Part shown: positions 40,348 through 49,955 of the stretch, one piece after another | Layout of the letters: each line of letters begins with the position of its first letter | How positions within the stretch are numbered: the stretch's first letter is position 1 | Position numbers and translations under genes: made by a program | The notes under the pieces: model-generated | Seen by the model: only the letters and a program-made list of their open reading frames with translations | Told to the model about the DNA's origin: nothing | Databases searched by the model: none | NCBI GenBank assembly: GCA_965199495.1 | Contig: CBDASK010000003.1 | Coordinates: 1 to 64,000, forward strand | From: Abditibacterium sp. | GTDB taxonomy: Bacteria > Armatimonadota > Abditibacteriia > Abditibacteriales > Abditibacteriaceae | Length of the DNA stretch: 64,000 nucleotides | Direction: 5' to 3'

Positions 40348-41277
40348 TCATAACGAAGCCAATTCCTGCCACAATCCACTGTTTTGCGATTCGTCCCATT
40401 CGGTGCGCACACGGCCCAGCAAATACGAAACGCGTTTATCTCCGTAGGCTTTGAACGCTTCGATGGATTCGGGTTCTTTCTTGCCGAAACACTGCGCGCA
40501 GATTTGCGCCAAAACTTCGCGGTCTTGCATTTCGCCCAGCAAGTCTTGCATCGCGACTAATTTGGCGACTTGACTTTTGACATCGCCGCCATAGCAAACC
40601 GCGAACGTTTCGAGTGTATAGCGCACGCGGCGAATCGCCTTGCGCAAATCGTGATGCGCTTCGGCACCGGCGCCCGGCTCCAAAGCACGGGCGTGCTGGC
40701 GCACCTCATCCAAACGGCGCGGCAAAATCAGATGCGCCGCCGTATCGAGCGAGATCGTCGCGCCATCGGCGGCGGGCAAACCCAGCGCCCAGCGCGCGAA
40801 TTGTTCGCGCACTTCGCCCATCCCCTGCGCGCACCTGACGCGCTTGACCATCGGCTTGAACGACCTGGCGCGCTGCAATTGCAAATAGCGAACAAATTTA
40901 TCCAAGCCTTCGACCGATTCGGCATCGGCGTCGAGCTTCTTTTTCGCGTAATCGGCGACATATTCGCTCAAAACATCGAAATCGCGCACGCGGCCCAACG
41001 CGTCGCCGATTTCTGAAACATCCGCGCTGCGTTTACGCAATTCGCGGCGCAAATGCGATGAAAGCACTGGAGCCGTTTTTGGCCCCTCGAAATTATTCAT
41101 TGCCGTGCGCAAGCGCCGCAGGTTCACTCGCATATCGTGCAACGCCTCGACATCGCCCGCCGCCGTGGCGTGGCCGTATTGCCAAGCGCTGTTCCATAAA
41201 TAGCCAAAGAGTTGGGAAGCGCCTTGAAGCGCGCTTTCTTCCGCAATTAAGTTCGCCGCTTTTGATATATCTGACAT
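40348..41277 (-). CDS. CHAD-domain protein
   Basis: LHDMRVNLRRLR, LGRVRDFDV, HDLRKAIRRVRY, QDLLGEMQD. Confidence 0.9.
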   Translation of the reverse strand: MSDISKAANLIAEESALQGASQLFGYLWNSAWQYGHATAAGDVEALHDMRVNLRRLRTAMNNFEGPKTAPVLSSHLRRELRKRSADVSEIGDALGRVRDFDVLSEYVADYAKKKLDADAESVEGLDKFVRYLQLQRARSFKPMVKRVRCAQGMGEVREQFARWALGLPAADGATISLDTAAHLILPRRLDEVRQHARALEPGAGAEAHHDLRKAIRRVRYTLETFAVCYGGDVKSQVAKLVAMQDLLGEMQDREVLAQICAQCFGKKEPESIEAFKAYGDKRVSYLLGRVRTEWDESQNSGLWQELASL

Positions 41278-41309
41278 ATTTATATTTTATCAGATGGGTT
41301 ATTTGCAAC

Positions 41310-41349
41310 AAAAAAGCGCGCGATTCCAACCGGAGGCGCGCACTTTTTT
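41310..41349. terminator. Probable terminator
   Basis: A6-GCGCG...CGCGCAC-T6 imperfect hairpin. Confidence 0.55.
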
Positions 41350-41364
41350 AGTTGTTCAAATTGC

Positions 41365-41934
41365 TCAGGGAGTCGAAGGCGGAGCATCGGATGTTACGCT
41401 TTCGGGCGAAGATGCGGAAGTGGCAGATGAATCGGTCGTTTCAATGGGCGCGGGCATCATTTTGTTGAGTTGTTCGGCGAAACCCAAAACTTTCTGGCGT
41501 TGGTCACCCAGATTAACAGCCACGTTGAGGTCGGTGGCACCGATTTCCCCTTGCAATCCCGAAGTGTTAGAGCCTTTGACGCTTGATAATGCGGTCGCGG
41601 CCTCTTTCAAATGAGTGTTGGCGGTGCCGAAGTTGCGCGCGTCCAAGTCAATCGCGGTGCGATACAACGCGGCGCGCGTTTCCATCATCGCGCTGCGGTC
41701 GAGCGCGGCATCGCGCGCGGTTTCGGCGGTTTTAACCTGCGATTGCAAGCCGTTGCGTTCGACGCCGAATTTGGCTTCTTGGGCGGCCAGTTGCGCTTTG
41801 CCCGCCATTAGGCCGACGAAGTAGAGCATAACGCCCAACACAAAAACAACCAGAGCGCCGATGAGATACATCTTGACTTTGTCGCCTTTGGCGGGGACGC
41901 CCGTGGGAGCGCCGGAAGAAGAGGGAGATTTCAT
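41365..41934 (-). CDS. Hypothetical single-TM coiled-coil protein
   Basis: One TM helix followed by a helical domain. Confidence 0.65.
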   Translation of the reverse strand: MKSPSSSGAPTGVPAKGDKVKMYLIGALVVFVLGVMLYFVGLMAGKAQLAAQEAKFGVERNGLQSQVKTAETARDAALDRSAMMETRAALYRTAIDLDARNFGTANTHLKEAATALSSVKGSNTSGLQGEIGATDLNVAVNLGDQRQKVLGFAEQLNKMMPAPIETTDSSATSASSPESVTSDAPPSTP

Positions 41935-41983
41935 TGAGGTTATCTTACTCGAAACTACAAAATATGGATGGAAATGGTTGGCG

Positions 41984-42577
41984 TTAATTCGCCAGATCGA
42001 AAACGTAAATTGTCTCGCCGTTGGGGCCGGTTTGCAATTGGGCCATGCCGCGACTGACCATTTCGCGGGCCGTCGCGTCAGCGACGCCCATGTTTAAATT
42101 GGCGAGATGCGCCAGTTGCGCCGCCGTCACTTGCCAGTGAGGCCGCGTTGACGCCAACTGGCGAATGCGCGATTCGGGCGTTTCGATGGGCGCAACCGTT
42201 ACCGGTGCTTCATCGGTTGATTTCGCGAAAATAGACGACTGAGCTTCGACATTTCGCGGCGCTAAAACCGGTTGCAACGGTTCGGGCATCGGAGCAGCCA
42301 CCGGTTCGGGGACGACATATTGCACCGTTTCGGGAGCGGGTTCGGGTGCCGTGGCTGCTATGGTCGCATTTTCTTCGTTTTGATTGCCCGCGAATAAGAT
42401 ACTGACGCCCAGATAGAGACAAATCGCTCCGGTGACGAAACTCGCCAGAGAGTAAAGCGGGCCAGTGACGAAACCTAAATCGGGCCACAACGTGAAAAAC
42501 CGCACGGAGAATGCGAGAAAAAGCAGGCCGGGCACGACCGCGCAAATCAGACCTAAAAGACGAGAAAAACAGGACAT
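41984..42577 (-). CDS. Hypothetical membrane protein with C-terminal HTH-like domain
   Basis: Two TM helices, Pro-rich linker, VTAAQLA...NGETIYVF tail; start uncertain. Confidence 0.6.
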   Translation of the reverse strand: MSCFSRLLGLICAVVPGLLFLAFSVRFFTLWPDLGFVTGPLYSLASFVTGAICLYLGVSILFAGNQNEENATIAATAPEPAPETVQYVVPEPVAAPMPEPLQPVLAPRNVEAQSSIFAKSTDEAPVTVAPIETPESRIRQLASTRPHWQVTAAQLAHLANLNMGVADATAREMVSRGMAQLQTGPNGETIYVFDLAN

Positions 42578-42803
42578 AACGAAAGTTGCGGCAACGAGTG
42601 TTGGCAAATTTGCCACCGCGACGCCAACTTTATTCTGTTTATCAAAACAACATCACAAAAGTAGACGCCAATCCGACAACGCAACCCGCATTTTTCACCC
42701 GCTTGCAACCCGCGCGCGCGAAAAACATCCAATTGTGGGATTTCCAATTGTTGTCTTTCAAAAATGAACTTTTGGTAAGCCCGGTGCATTCACCTGTTTT
42801 TCT

Positions 42804-43556
42804 ATGAACATCAATTTCGCTTCGGCGCGCGCCAGTTTGATCGGCGCGGCGCTGCTTTCCCTTTCTTTTGGCCTTACTGGTTGCGGCGGCGGGGGCGGCG
42901 GCCCCAGCATTGTGCCAACTGCAACGCCACAATCAACCACCAACGATACCTCTTGCAGCCAGACGTATACGCCGAATTACAGAGTAGATTTGGCTAAGAC
43001 TACTGATAATCCTTTATTGCATTGGACACTTTTTCCGCTACACGTTTATTTCAGCACGAATGGCGCTTACACAGCCGCCCGAAAAACTTTGGCGGTTCAA
43101 GGTTTCAATCGCTGGGTGACAGCCACGGGCAGCAACGGCGTGACTTATCAAGTCGTCAACAGCGCGGATCAGGCCAATGTGGTGGTTAATTTTTATACCT
43201 TCACTGGCGGCGCGGGCGATAGACTCGGCTACACCAACGTCACTTACGATCCAACCACAAATATCATCATCGCGACGAGTAAAGACCCCGTGCAAATTAA
43301 CGTTGGATTTACTGGAAGCGACTACAACGACACGCTCACGGCGGCCCACGAGTTTGGGCACGCGCTGGGCATCAACGGCCACAGCGCCGACACACATGAC
43401 CTAATGTATTTCGAGGGCAACGATAATTATGGCGGCACCATCACCACGCGCGACTTGAATACGATGTTGACGGCTTATTGCGGAAACTTCAACAAAAATC
43501 CCAACGCCCGCACTGCGCCACAAACAGGCCCTCTCAAAACGGTTACCATCGAATAA
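42804..43556 (+). CDS. Matrixin-family (metzincin) metalloprotease lipoprotein
   Basis: LTGC lipobox; HEFGHALGINGH zinc motif; LMY Met-turn. Confidence 0.88.
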   Translation: MNINFASARASLIGAALLSLSFGLTGCGGGGGGPSIVPTATPQSTTNDTSCSQTYTPNYRVDLAKTTDNPLLHWTLFPLHVYFSTNGAYTAARKTLAVQGFNRWVTATGSNGVTYQVVNSADQANVVVNFYTFTGGAGDRLGYTNVTYDPTTNIIIATSKDPVQINVGFTGSDYNDTLTAAHEFGHALGINGHSADTHDLMYFEGNDNYGGTITTRDLNTMLTAYCGNFNKNPNARTAPQTGPLKTVTIE

Positions 43557-43565
43557 TCGCGAGTT

Positions 43566-43599
43566 TTGCCAGCGAAAATAAGGTTATTTTCGCTGGCAA
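43566..43599. terminator. Hairpin after the protease gene
   Basis: TTGCCAGCGAAAATAA-GG-TTATTTTCGCTGGCAA; no U-run. Confidence 0.5.
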
Positions 43600-43629
43600 T
43601 CGCGCGGTTGAGATAACCTTTAAGAGCGT

Positions 43630-44379
43630 ATGATTTTACCGAACTTAGCTTTCGACGCGTTACTGTTTGGTGCGTTGCTGCTCGCGGCGGCCATTGACAG
43701 CGCGTTTCCCTTTACACACGGCGCGGTCTCGCTGCTTGTGGTGGGCGGCGCGACTTACTGGGCCGCGCAGGAACTTTACGAATGGCTGCTCCGCCGCGTC
43801 GGCTGGTCGCAGGAATCGCTAGCGACTTCACTGGCGCTTTGCACCGCCGGTTTTCTCTATTTTTGGCTGCGCAACCAATCGGATTTGGCGCTATTAGCGC
43901 TTTCCATCGGTCTGATGATGGGTTCGCTGATGCTGGCGATTTCCGTTATCGGCGCCCTGAGCGCGACGTTTCGCGAGGGCAAAGCCACGCCGATTTTCGG
44001 TTGGCTCACGACATTTTTACTTTCGGCCCTGCTCGGCGTGGCCGTTGGTTTCGCGGTTCTGGTGTTGGGACAGAGCGGTCTGGCAACATTGTCGCTCAAA
44101 CTCGGCGGCATCGTCGGCGCGTTCGTGTTGTGGAAACTGCGCGAATCGTTCGCGCCACCTGCCATCAACGCGCATTACGTGCAACCCGGCGCGCAGGAAA
44201 TCGCGCCGCCGCAAGAACAGCGCATGGCGCTGTCGCCTCAACGCGGCACCCTGCTCGACCGTCTGGTGCCGGTTTTGGTTCTGGGCATCGTCGCGTTGTT
44301 CGCCGCACGCGGCAAGTTTTCGCTGAACTTGCCAACAACTCCAGCCATCGCCGCGCCCACGCAAACGGACGCGCGTTAA
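43630..44379 (+). CDS. Hypothetical multi-pass membrane protein
   Basis: About 7 hydrophobic segments; 9 bp upstream of dxr. Confidence 0.65.
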   Translation: MILPNLAFDALLFGALLLAAAIDSAFPFTHGAVSLLVVGGATYWAAQELYEWLLRRVGWSQESLATSLALCTAGFLYFWLRNQSDLALLALSIGLMMGSLMLAISVIGALSATFREGKATPIFGWLTTFLLSALLGVAVGFAVLVLGQSGLATLSLKLGGIVGAFVLWKLRESFAPPAINAHYVQPGAQEIAPPQEQRMALSPQRGTLLDRLVPVLVLGIVALFAARGKFSLNLPTTPAIAAPTQTDAR

Positions 44380-44388
44380 TTTGAATTC

Positions 44389-45567
44389 ATGCGCCAAATT
44401 GTCATTTTAGGTTCGACCGGCTCCATCGGCACGCAAGCCCTCGAAGTCGCGACGGCTTTGCCCAACGAAATCAAAGTCGTCGGTTTGGCGGCGGGCGCGA
44501 ATTGGCAGTTATTGGCGCAGCAAATTCGCGAGTGGCAACCCGCCGTAGCTGTAATCTTCGACGAGACGAAATTCGCCGACTTAAAAAACGCTGTCGGCGC
44601 CACGCAAACCAAATTATTGGCGGGCATGAACGGATTATTGGAAGCCGCGACCTGGCCCGGCGCCGACGTAATTTTGGGCGCGATGATGGGCGCGGCGGGC
44701 TTGCAGCCGACTTTAGCCGCCATTGGCGCGCGCAAAGCCATCGCGATTGCCAACAAAGAAACCTTGGTCGCGGCGGGCCAAATCGTGATGAACGCGGCGC
44801 GCGAAAATGACGTGACGCTGTGGCCGGTGGATTCGGAGCATTCGGCGCTGGCGCAATGTCTGTTGGGGGAGAAAACCGCCGATATTACCAAATTGACGAT
44901 TACGGCATCGGGCGGGCCGTTCTGGGCAAGTTCGCGCGACGAAATCGCGGCGGCACCAGCCACGGCGGCGCTCAAGCATCCGACGTGGATGATGGGCCGC
45001 AAAATCACCATTGATTCGGCGACGATGATGAACAAAGGTTTGGAAATGATCGAAGCGCACTGGCTCTTCGATGTTCCGATGGACAAAATTGAGGTGGCCG
45101 TGCATCGTCAGAGCATCGTACATTCGTTCGTCTCGTTTCGCGACGGCAGCGTCAAAGCGCAGTTGGGCGCACCCGATATGAAACTGCCGATTCAGTGGGG
45201 ACTTTTGGGCGGCACGCGCGCACCCGGCGACGCGCCGCATCTGGATTTGCCGACGCTGGGCCAGCTCACTTTTGAACAATCCGACGACGCGCGCTTCCCG
45301 GCGATTGGCTTGGCGCGCGATGCGATTGCGCGCGGCGGCACGGCGCCCGCCGCGATGAATGCGGCGAACGAGATCGCGGTTCAAGCGTTTCTTGACGGCG
45401 AAACCAATTTTTACGGCGTCACTGATTGCGTCGCCCACGTTTTGGGAAATCATCGAGTTTGCGCCTCGCCCACGCTGGAAGATGTATTAAATGTGGATGG
45501 CGAAGCGCGGCGCCAAGCGCGCGAATGGATAAATAACGCGAGCAACTGTTGCACTTTGATTTTCTGA
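44389..45567 (+). CDS. dxr: 1-deoxy-D-xylulose-5-phosphate reductoisomerase
   Basis: LGSTGSIG, ANKETLV, PVDSEH, TASGGPF, HPTWMMG.KITIDSATMMNKGLE, NAANE. Confidence 0.97.
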   Translation: MRQIVILGSTGSIGTQALEVATALPNEIKVVGLAAGANWQLLAQQIREWQPAVAVIFDETKFADLKNAVGATQTKLLAGMNGLLEAATWPGADVILGAMMGAAGLQPTLAAIGARKAIAIANKETLVAAGQIVMNAARENDVTLWPVDSEHSALAQCLLGEKTADITKLTITASGGPFWASSRDEIAAAPATAALKHPTWMMGRKITIDSATMMNKGLEMIEAHWLFDVPMDKIEVAVHRQSIVHSFVSFRDGSVKAQLGAPDMKLPIQWGLLGGTRAPGDAPHLDLPTLGQLTFEQSDDARFPAIGLARDAIARGGTAPAAMNAANEIAVQAFLDGETNFYGVTDCVAHVLGNHRVCASPTLEDVLNVDGEARRQAREWINNASNCCTLIF

Positions 45568-45706
45568 ACCGCTCATGTAGGGGCGGGGTCTCCCCGCCCG
45601 AAACGTTATGCAATGGCCTCGTTTGTTGTCGCCATTTCGTGTAGGGGCGGGGAGACCCCGCCCCTACATGAGCGGTTCAGAAAATCAAAGTGCAACAGTT
45701 GCTCGC
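45538..45706. repeat. Palindrome with GTAG-type REP units (family D), overlapping the dxr 3' end
   Basis: About 62-bp inverted arms containing GTAGGGGCGGGGTCTCCCCGCCC. Confidence 0.9.
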
Positions 45707-45744
45707 ACTATTACTTGATTTTAGCGTTATCTTCCAAATTTTCT

Positions 45745-47055
45745 ATGTCACAAATCACTCTCGCCCCCGATGAAGCCACGCCCACAAGCAAAGCGCCCGC
45801 GCCCGAAGGCAGCGTCAATCCGCTCACAGTCGGCATTATTGTTTTGGCGGTGGTTGGGCTGGCTTTGTTTAAGCCCGAAATCGCTAAAACCGCGTTGGTT
45901 TTTATCGTCACGCTTTCGATTTTGGTGTTCGTTCACGAGTGGGGCCATTTCCAATTCGCGCGCTGGGCGGGCATGAAAGTCAACCGCTTCGCCATCGGTT
46001 TTCCGCCGTTTATCTACACCAAAAAATATCGGGGCATTGACTATTCGGTCGGCGCCCTGCCGATTGGCGGCATGGTGGACATCGCCGGTCTGGGATCGGA
46101 AGAAGAGATGGTCGCGACCGGCAAAGATCAGATGGAAGGTTTGCTCGAACGCACCAATACTGGCGAACGCAGCGCGAAAGCCGAGCGCGAATGGGCGGCG
46201 CCCGGAAAACTCAAACAGTTTCAGGAAGCCAATTTAGGCTGGCGTTTTTTGGTGTTGTTCGCCGGGCCGTTGATGAACTTTATCTTCGCGATTGTCATCT
46301 TCGTTGGCTTGCTTTCGATTGTCGGCGCGCCCGACATGACCAACGCAAAAATGAACCGCGTCGGCGCCACGTTGAGCGGTTCGCCCGCCGCCAAAGCGGG
46401 CGTGCAAACCGGCGATTTGATCGTGGGCGTTGCCAAAGTCAAAACCGACGATGCCGAAAAAATCTCCGATTTGATTCGCAAAACGCCCGCCGGTAAAACC
46501 GTTGACTTGCAACTCAAGCGCGATGGCAAAAACGTGACGATTCCACTCACGCCCGAACTCAAAACGATTCCAATTAATGGCGTGGACAAAAAAGTCCCGA
46601 CGGTTGGCATTGCGTTTGACGTTGACCCGGCGACCATCACCAAATATACGCGATTGAGCGTGATTGACGCGACCAAACAGGCGTTCGCCAGTTCGATTGG
46701 CATGAGTTCGCAGATTCTCGGTTTGGTCAAACGCGCCTTTACCGGCCATTTAACCGACATGGACAAAGGCGGCGTCGGTGGTCCGGTGGCTATCGCTAAA
46801 GCCAGCAAAAGCGCCAGCGACGCCGGTTATTATTCGCTGCTTTTGTTTGGCGCTTCACTTTCCATTAACTTAGGTTTGTTAAACCTTTTGCCGTTGCCAG
46901 CGTTAGATGGTGGGCGCATCTTGTTTCTGGGCTACGAACTCATCATGCGTCGCCCGCTCGACCCGCGCAAAGAAGGTTTCGTTCACGCGGCGGGCATGGT
47001 TTTGCTGCTGGCGTTCATGCTGTTCATCACGCTGCGTGATGTAATTCAATTGTAA
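45745..47055 (+). CDS. rseP: RIP metalloprotease RseP (M50, PDZ)
   Basis: HEWGH, AGPLMN, PDZ GSPA..AGVQTGD, NLLPLPALDGG; lies between dxr and ispG. Confidence 0.93.
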   Translation: MSQITLAPDEATPTSKAPAPEGSVNPLTVGIIVLAVVGLALFKPEIAKTALVFIVTLSILVFVHEWGHFQFARWAGMKVNRFAIGFPPFIYTKKYRGIDYSVGALPIGGMVDIAGLGSEEEMVATGKDQMEGLLERTNTGERSAKAEREWAAPGKLKQFQEANLGWRFLVLFAGPLMNFIFAIVIFVGLLSIVGAPDMTNAKMNRVGATLSGSPAAKAGVQTGDLIVGVAKVKTDDAEKISDLIRKTPAGKTVDLQLKRDGKNVTIPLTPELKTIPINGVDKKVPTVGIAFDVDPATITKYTRLSVIDATKQAFASSIGMSSQILGLVKRAFTGHLTDMDKGGVGGPVAIAKASKSASDAGYYSLLLFGASLSINLGLLNLLPLPALDGGRILFLGYELIMRRPLDPRKEGFVHAAGMVLLLAFMLFITLRDVIQL

Positions 47056-47166
47056 AATAAGACGTTAGGAGTCAGAAGTGAGAAGCGGGGTTTTGCTACT
47101 TTGTGGCGTTCTTCACTTTCTAATTCTCGGATTCTCACTCCTGACTTCCAACTTCTAACTCTTAAC

Positions 47167-48276
47167 ATGAAATTCGACGTTTCTCTCGACATTCCCCGCC
47201 GTAAAACGCGCAAAATCAAAATTGGCAACATCTTCGTCGGCGGCGACGCGCCCATCGCGATTCAAACGATGGCCAAAACCAAAACCGATAACGTTCAAGC
47301 CACGATTGACCAAATCCACGCGATTCAGCAGGCGGGCGCCGACCTGGTGCGCGTGGCTGTGCCCGACGAAGCTTCGGCGCGTTCGCTGCACGACATCAAA
47401 GCCAACATCCAAATTCCGCTCGTCGCCGATATTCACTTCAACGCGAAATTCGCGATGATCGCGCTCGAACAGGGCGTTCACAAACTGCGCCTCAATCCCG
47501 GCAACATCCGCAACGAAGCCAAAATCCGCGACATCGTGCGCGCCGCCAAAGAGCGCAGCGTGCCAATCCGCATCGGCGTCAACGCCGGTTCGCTCGACCC
47601 GGATATTCGCGAACGTTACGGTAACACGCCGCGCGCTCTGGTTGAATCGGCCAAGCGCGAACTGTCGTATTTCGATAAAGAAGGTTTCGGCGATGTCATT
47701 ATCTCGATCAAAGCGTCGGACGTGCGCATGACGGTCGCCGCTTACACTCTGGCCGCCGAAGAATTGGACGATTATCCGTTGCATCTGGGCGTGACCGAAG
47801 CGGGCATTACGCGCATCGGAACGGTGAAAAGTGCGATGGGAATCGGCAATTTGCTGATGGCGGGCATCGGCGATACCCTGCGCGTTTCGTTGACCGGCGA
47901 TCCCGTTGACGAAGTCAAAATCGGCTGGGATATGTTGCAGGGTTTGGAACTGCGCCGTCGCGGGCCGAACGTGATTTCGTGTCCGAGTTGCGGGCGCTGC
48001 GATATTGACGTTGTGCCGCTGGCTATCGCGGTCAACGAAGCGATTGGCAGCATTTCGCAACCGATTTCGATTGCCGTGATGGGCTGCGAAGTCAACGGCC
48101 CCGGCGAAGCCAAAAGCGCCGACTACGGCGTGGCTGGTGGCAACGGCGTGAGTTTGATTTTCAAGAAAGGCCAAGTCGTAGCGCGCGCTTCGACCGAAAA
48201 TCAGTTGACGGCATTGATGGATGTCATCAACGAAGATTTGGCGAGCCAAGAACCTACGCTCGTTGAAGCGGAGTAA
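47167..48276 (+). CDS. ispG: 4-hydroxy-3-methylbut-2-enyl diphosphate synthase
   Basis: LVADIHF, RLNPGN, RIGVNAGSL, LHLGVTEAG, CPSCGR, MGCEVNGPGE. Confidence 0.97.
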   Translation: MKFDVSLDIPRRKTRKIKIGNIFVGGDAPIAIQTMAKTKTDNVQATIDQIHAIQQAGADLVRVAVPDEASARSLHDIKANIQIPLVADIHFNAKFAMIALEQGVHKLRLNPGNIRNEAKIRDIVRAAKERSVPIRIGVNAGSLDPDIRERYGNTPRALVESAKRELSYFDKEGFGDVIISIKASDVRMTVAAYTLAAEELDDYPLHLGVTEAGITRIGTVKSAMGIGNLLMAGIGDTLRVSLTGDPVDEVKIGWDMLQGLELRRRGPNVISCPSCGRCDIDVVPLAIAVNEAIGSISQPISIAVMGCEVNGPGEAKSADYGVAGGNGVSLIFKKGQVVARASTENQLTALMDVINEDLASQEPTLVEAE

Positions 48277-48302
48277 ATTCCGGCGAAACAGGAGGAAATC
48301 TT

Positions 48303-48935
48303 ATGGCAACGATGTTACAAACCGCGCCTCAAACAGAGAGCCGCCTGGCGACCGATGAGTTCGCGCAACGAGAACTCATCGGTGTCGAAATCTCCAATGG
48401 AAAGCCCAGAGAAAACCGAATAACGCCAGATGAGTTCATGCAACTCAAAATCGAAAACGCGGAATTAGTTGATGGCCAAATCATCGAAAAAATGCCCACA
48501 ATGTTCAGCCACGACAAGCTCGTTGGAATCATCTTCGCCTTGATATTCGCTTTTGTGAGAAAGCACAATTTAGGAGAAGTTGCTGCCGGTGGCTCTTTTA
48601 AAACGGGCGAAGATCAGGTTCGTGTGCCCGATGTCTCGTTCATTTCCAACCAAGACTTAGAAGGCGAAGATTTGGATTCTTACATTCAGAAGCCGCCGAC
48701 TTTGGCCGTTGAAATTATCTCGAAAAACGATACTTACGGCGACGTTGACGACAAAGCCGACGAGTTTTTGGCCGCAGGAACTCAAATGGTCTGGATCGTG
48801 AATCCGCGTCGCCGTACCGTGGCCGTTCACACGCCTGACGGCCTTCCGGTGGTTTATAACATCGGCGATACAATTCCCGGTGGCGCGGTTTTTCCCGGTT
48901 TCGAGTTGCCTGTCGCCGAAATCTTTGCAGATTAA
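48303..48935 (+). CDS. Uma2-family (DUF820) endonuclease-fold protein
   Basis: ELVDG, RVPDVSFI, PTLAVEIIS, VWIVNP, PGFELPV. Confidence 0.9.
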   Translation: MATMLQTAPQTESRLATDEFAQRELIGVEISNGKPRENRITPDEFMQLKIENAELVDGQIIEKMPTMFSHDKLVGIIFALIFAFVRKHNLGEVAAGGSFKTGEDQVRVPDVSFISNQDLEGEDLDSYIQKPPTLAVEIISKNDTYGDVDDKADEFLAAGTQMVWIVNPRRRTVAVHTPDGLPVVYNIGDTIPGGAVFPGFELPVAEIFAD

Positions 48936-49021
48936 AAGCAACCCGAACGGTTATACTGCTTCCATTAAAAGGGGCGTCGCTTTGTTGCGGCGTCCGTTTT
49001 GCGTTTGGGAAACGATTAATT

Positions 49022-49672
49022 ATGCAGCTTCGTAAAGCCAAAAATTCGGACGTTCAGCAGATTCGCGCGCTCATCAATGAGATGGCGGCGCGCGTTGACG
49101 AAGATTACAAGCATGGCCACATGTTGCCGCGCTCTTTGACCGAGCTTTACGAACACATCCGCGATTATTCGGTCGTGGTTGATGACGATGATAACGTTGT
49201 CGGCTGTTGCGCGCTTCATTCGTGCTGGGACGGTTTGGCCGAACTCAAAGCTCTGGCGGTTGACGACGCGTTGCAGGGCCAGGGTTGGGGCCGCAAATTA
49301 GTGGATTCGGTGCTGTCCGAATCGGATGAACTGGGCATTGACTGCGTTTTTACGTTGACCAACAAGCACGATTTCTTCGATAAATTGGGTTTCAAAGCCA
49401 TCGAAATGTGGAAATTGCCGCAACGCGTGTGGAGCGAATGCACCAACTGTCCAAAGTTCATGGTCGCCTGTGACGAAGTCGCGATGACTTTTGGTGGCAA
49501 AGAGCCGCGCCAGACGTATATTCCCGCTGTCGGCGTCAATGCCAGCCCCAAAGCGCATGCGGCCTTGGGATTGGCTCCGGCCAGCGGCGCCGTCGGTCCG
49601 ATGAATACCGATGGTTTTCGTCCGCCGTTTGGGCCAGCCACAGCGAATGTTATCGAACTGCAACAGAAGTAG
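49022..49672 (+). CDS. GNAT N-acetyltransferase, short ArgA-like
   Basis: MLPRS..ELYEHIRD, AELKALAV, QGQGWG, LPQRVWSECTNCPKF..CDE. Confidence 0.8.
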   Translation: MQLRKAKNSDVQQIRALINEMAARVDEDYKHGHMLPRSLTELYEHIRDYSVVVDDDDNVVGCCALHSCWDGLAELKALAVDDALQGQGWGRKLVDSVLSESDELGIDCVFTLTNKHDFFDKLGFKAIEMWKLPQRVWSECTNCPKFMVACDEVAMTFGGKEPRQTYIPAVGVNASPKAHAALGLAPASGAVGPMNTDGFRPPFGPATANVIELQQK

Positions 49673-49724
49673 TTTTGAGTTAGATCTCACCTTACGCTGT
49701 TGGATTATTGCGGCTCTAAATTCA

Positions 49725-49897
49725 TGGAATTTACATCGTTGGCCTGTCATTTCGAGCGAAGCCGAGAAATCTTGCGCCCGCGCGGCAGCGCAGATCCGCT
49801 AATTTTTACGTTCGGGAACACGCATTATTTCCGCTGGCGCGGGGCCGCAAGATTTCTCGGCTTCGCTCGAAATGACAGGCCAACGGTGTAAATCCTA
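49725..49897. repeat. Family C palindrome / MITE-like
   Basis: GTCATTTCGAGCGAAGCCGAGAAATCTTGCGCCCGCGCGGCAGCGCAGATC is identical to the copy inside 25261-25444; ends resemble TAGGA.TTAC.C.GTTG. Confidence 0.88.
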
Positions 49898-49955
49898 AAC
49901 TCACCCCATCCAAAATCACCTCACCGCTAACAGGAGCCACGCCCGACGAATTCAC

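Noticed and set aside
45613..45744. Extended rseP N-terminus (likewise proB 12080, argJ 37654, ispG 47101)
   Set aside because: These extensions translate repeat sequence; downstream starts match the family N-termini.
47155..48249. Long antisense ORFs (also 24234-25190, 27071-28084, 55001-55915, 58849-59772)
   Set aside because: They mirror well-supported genes on the other strand, which is expected from GC-rich codon bias, and show no motifs.
48303..48935. Uma2 protein as part of a defence system
   Set aside because: Solitary member of a commonly expanded family with no partner genes.
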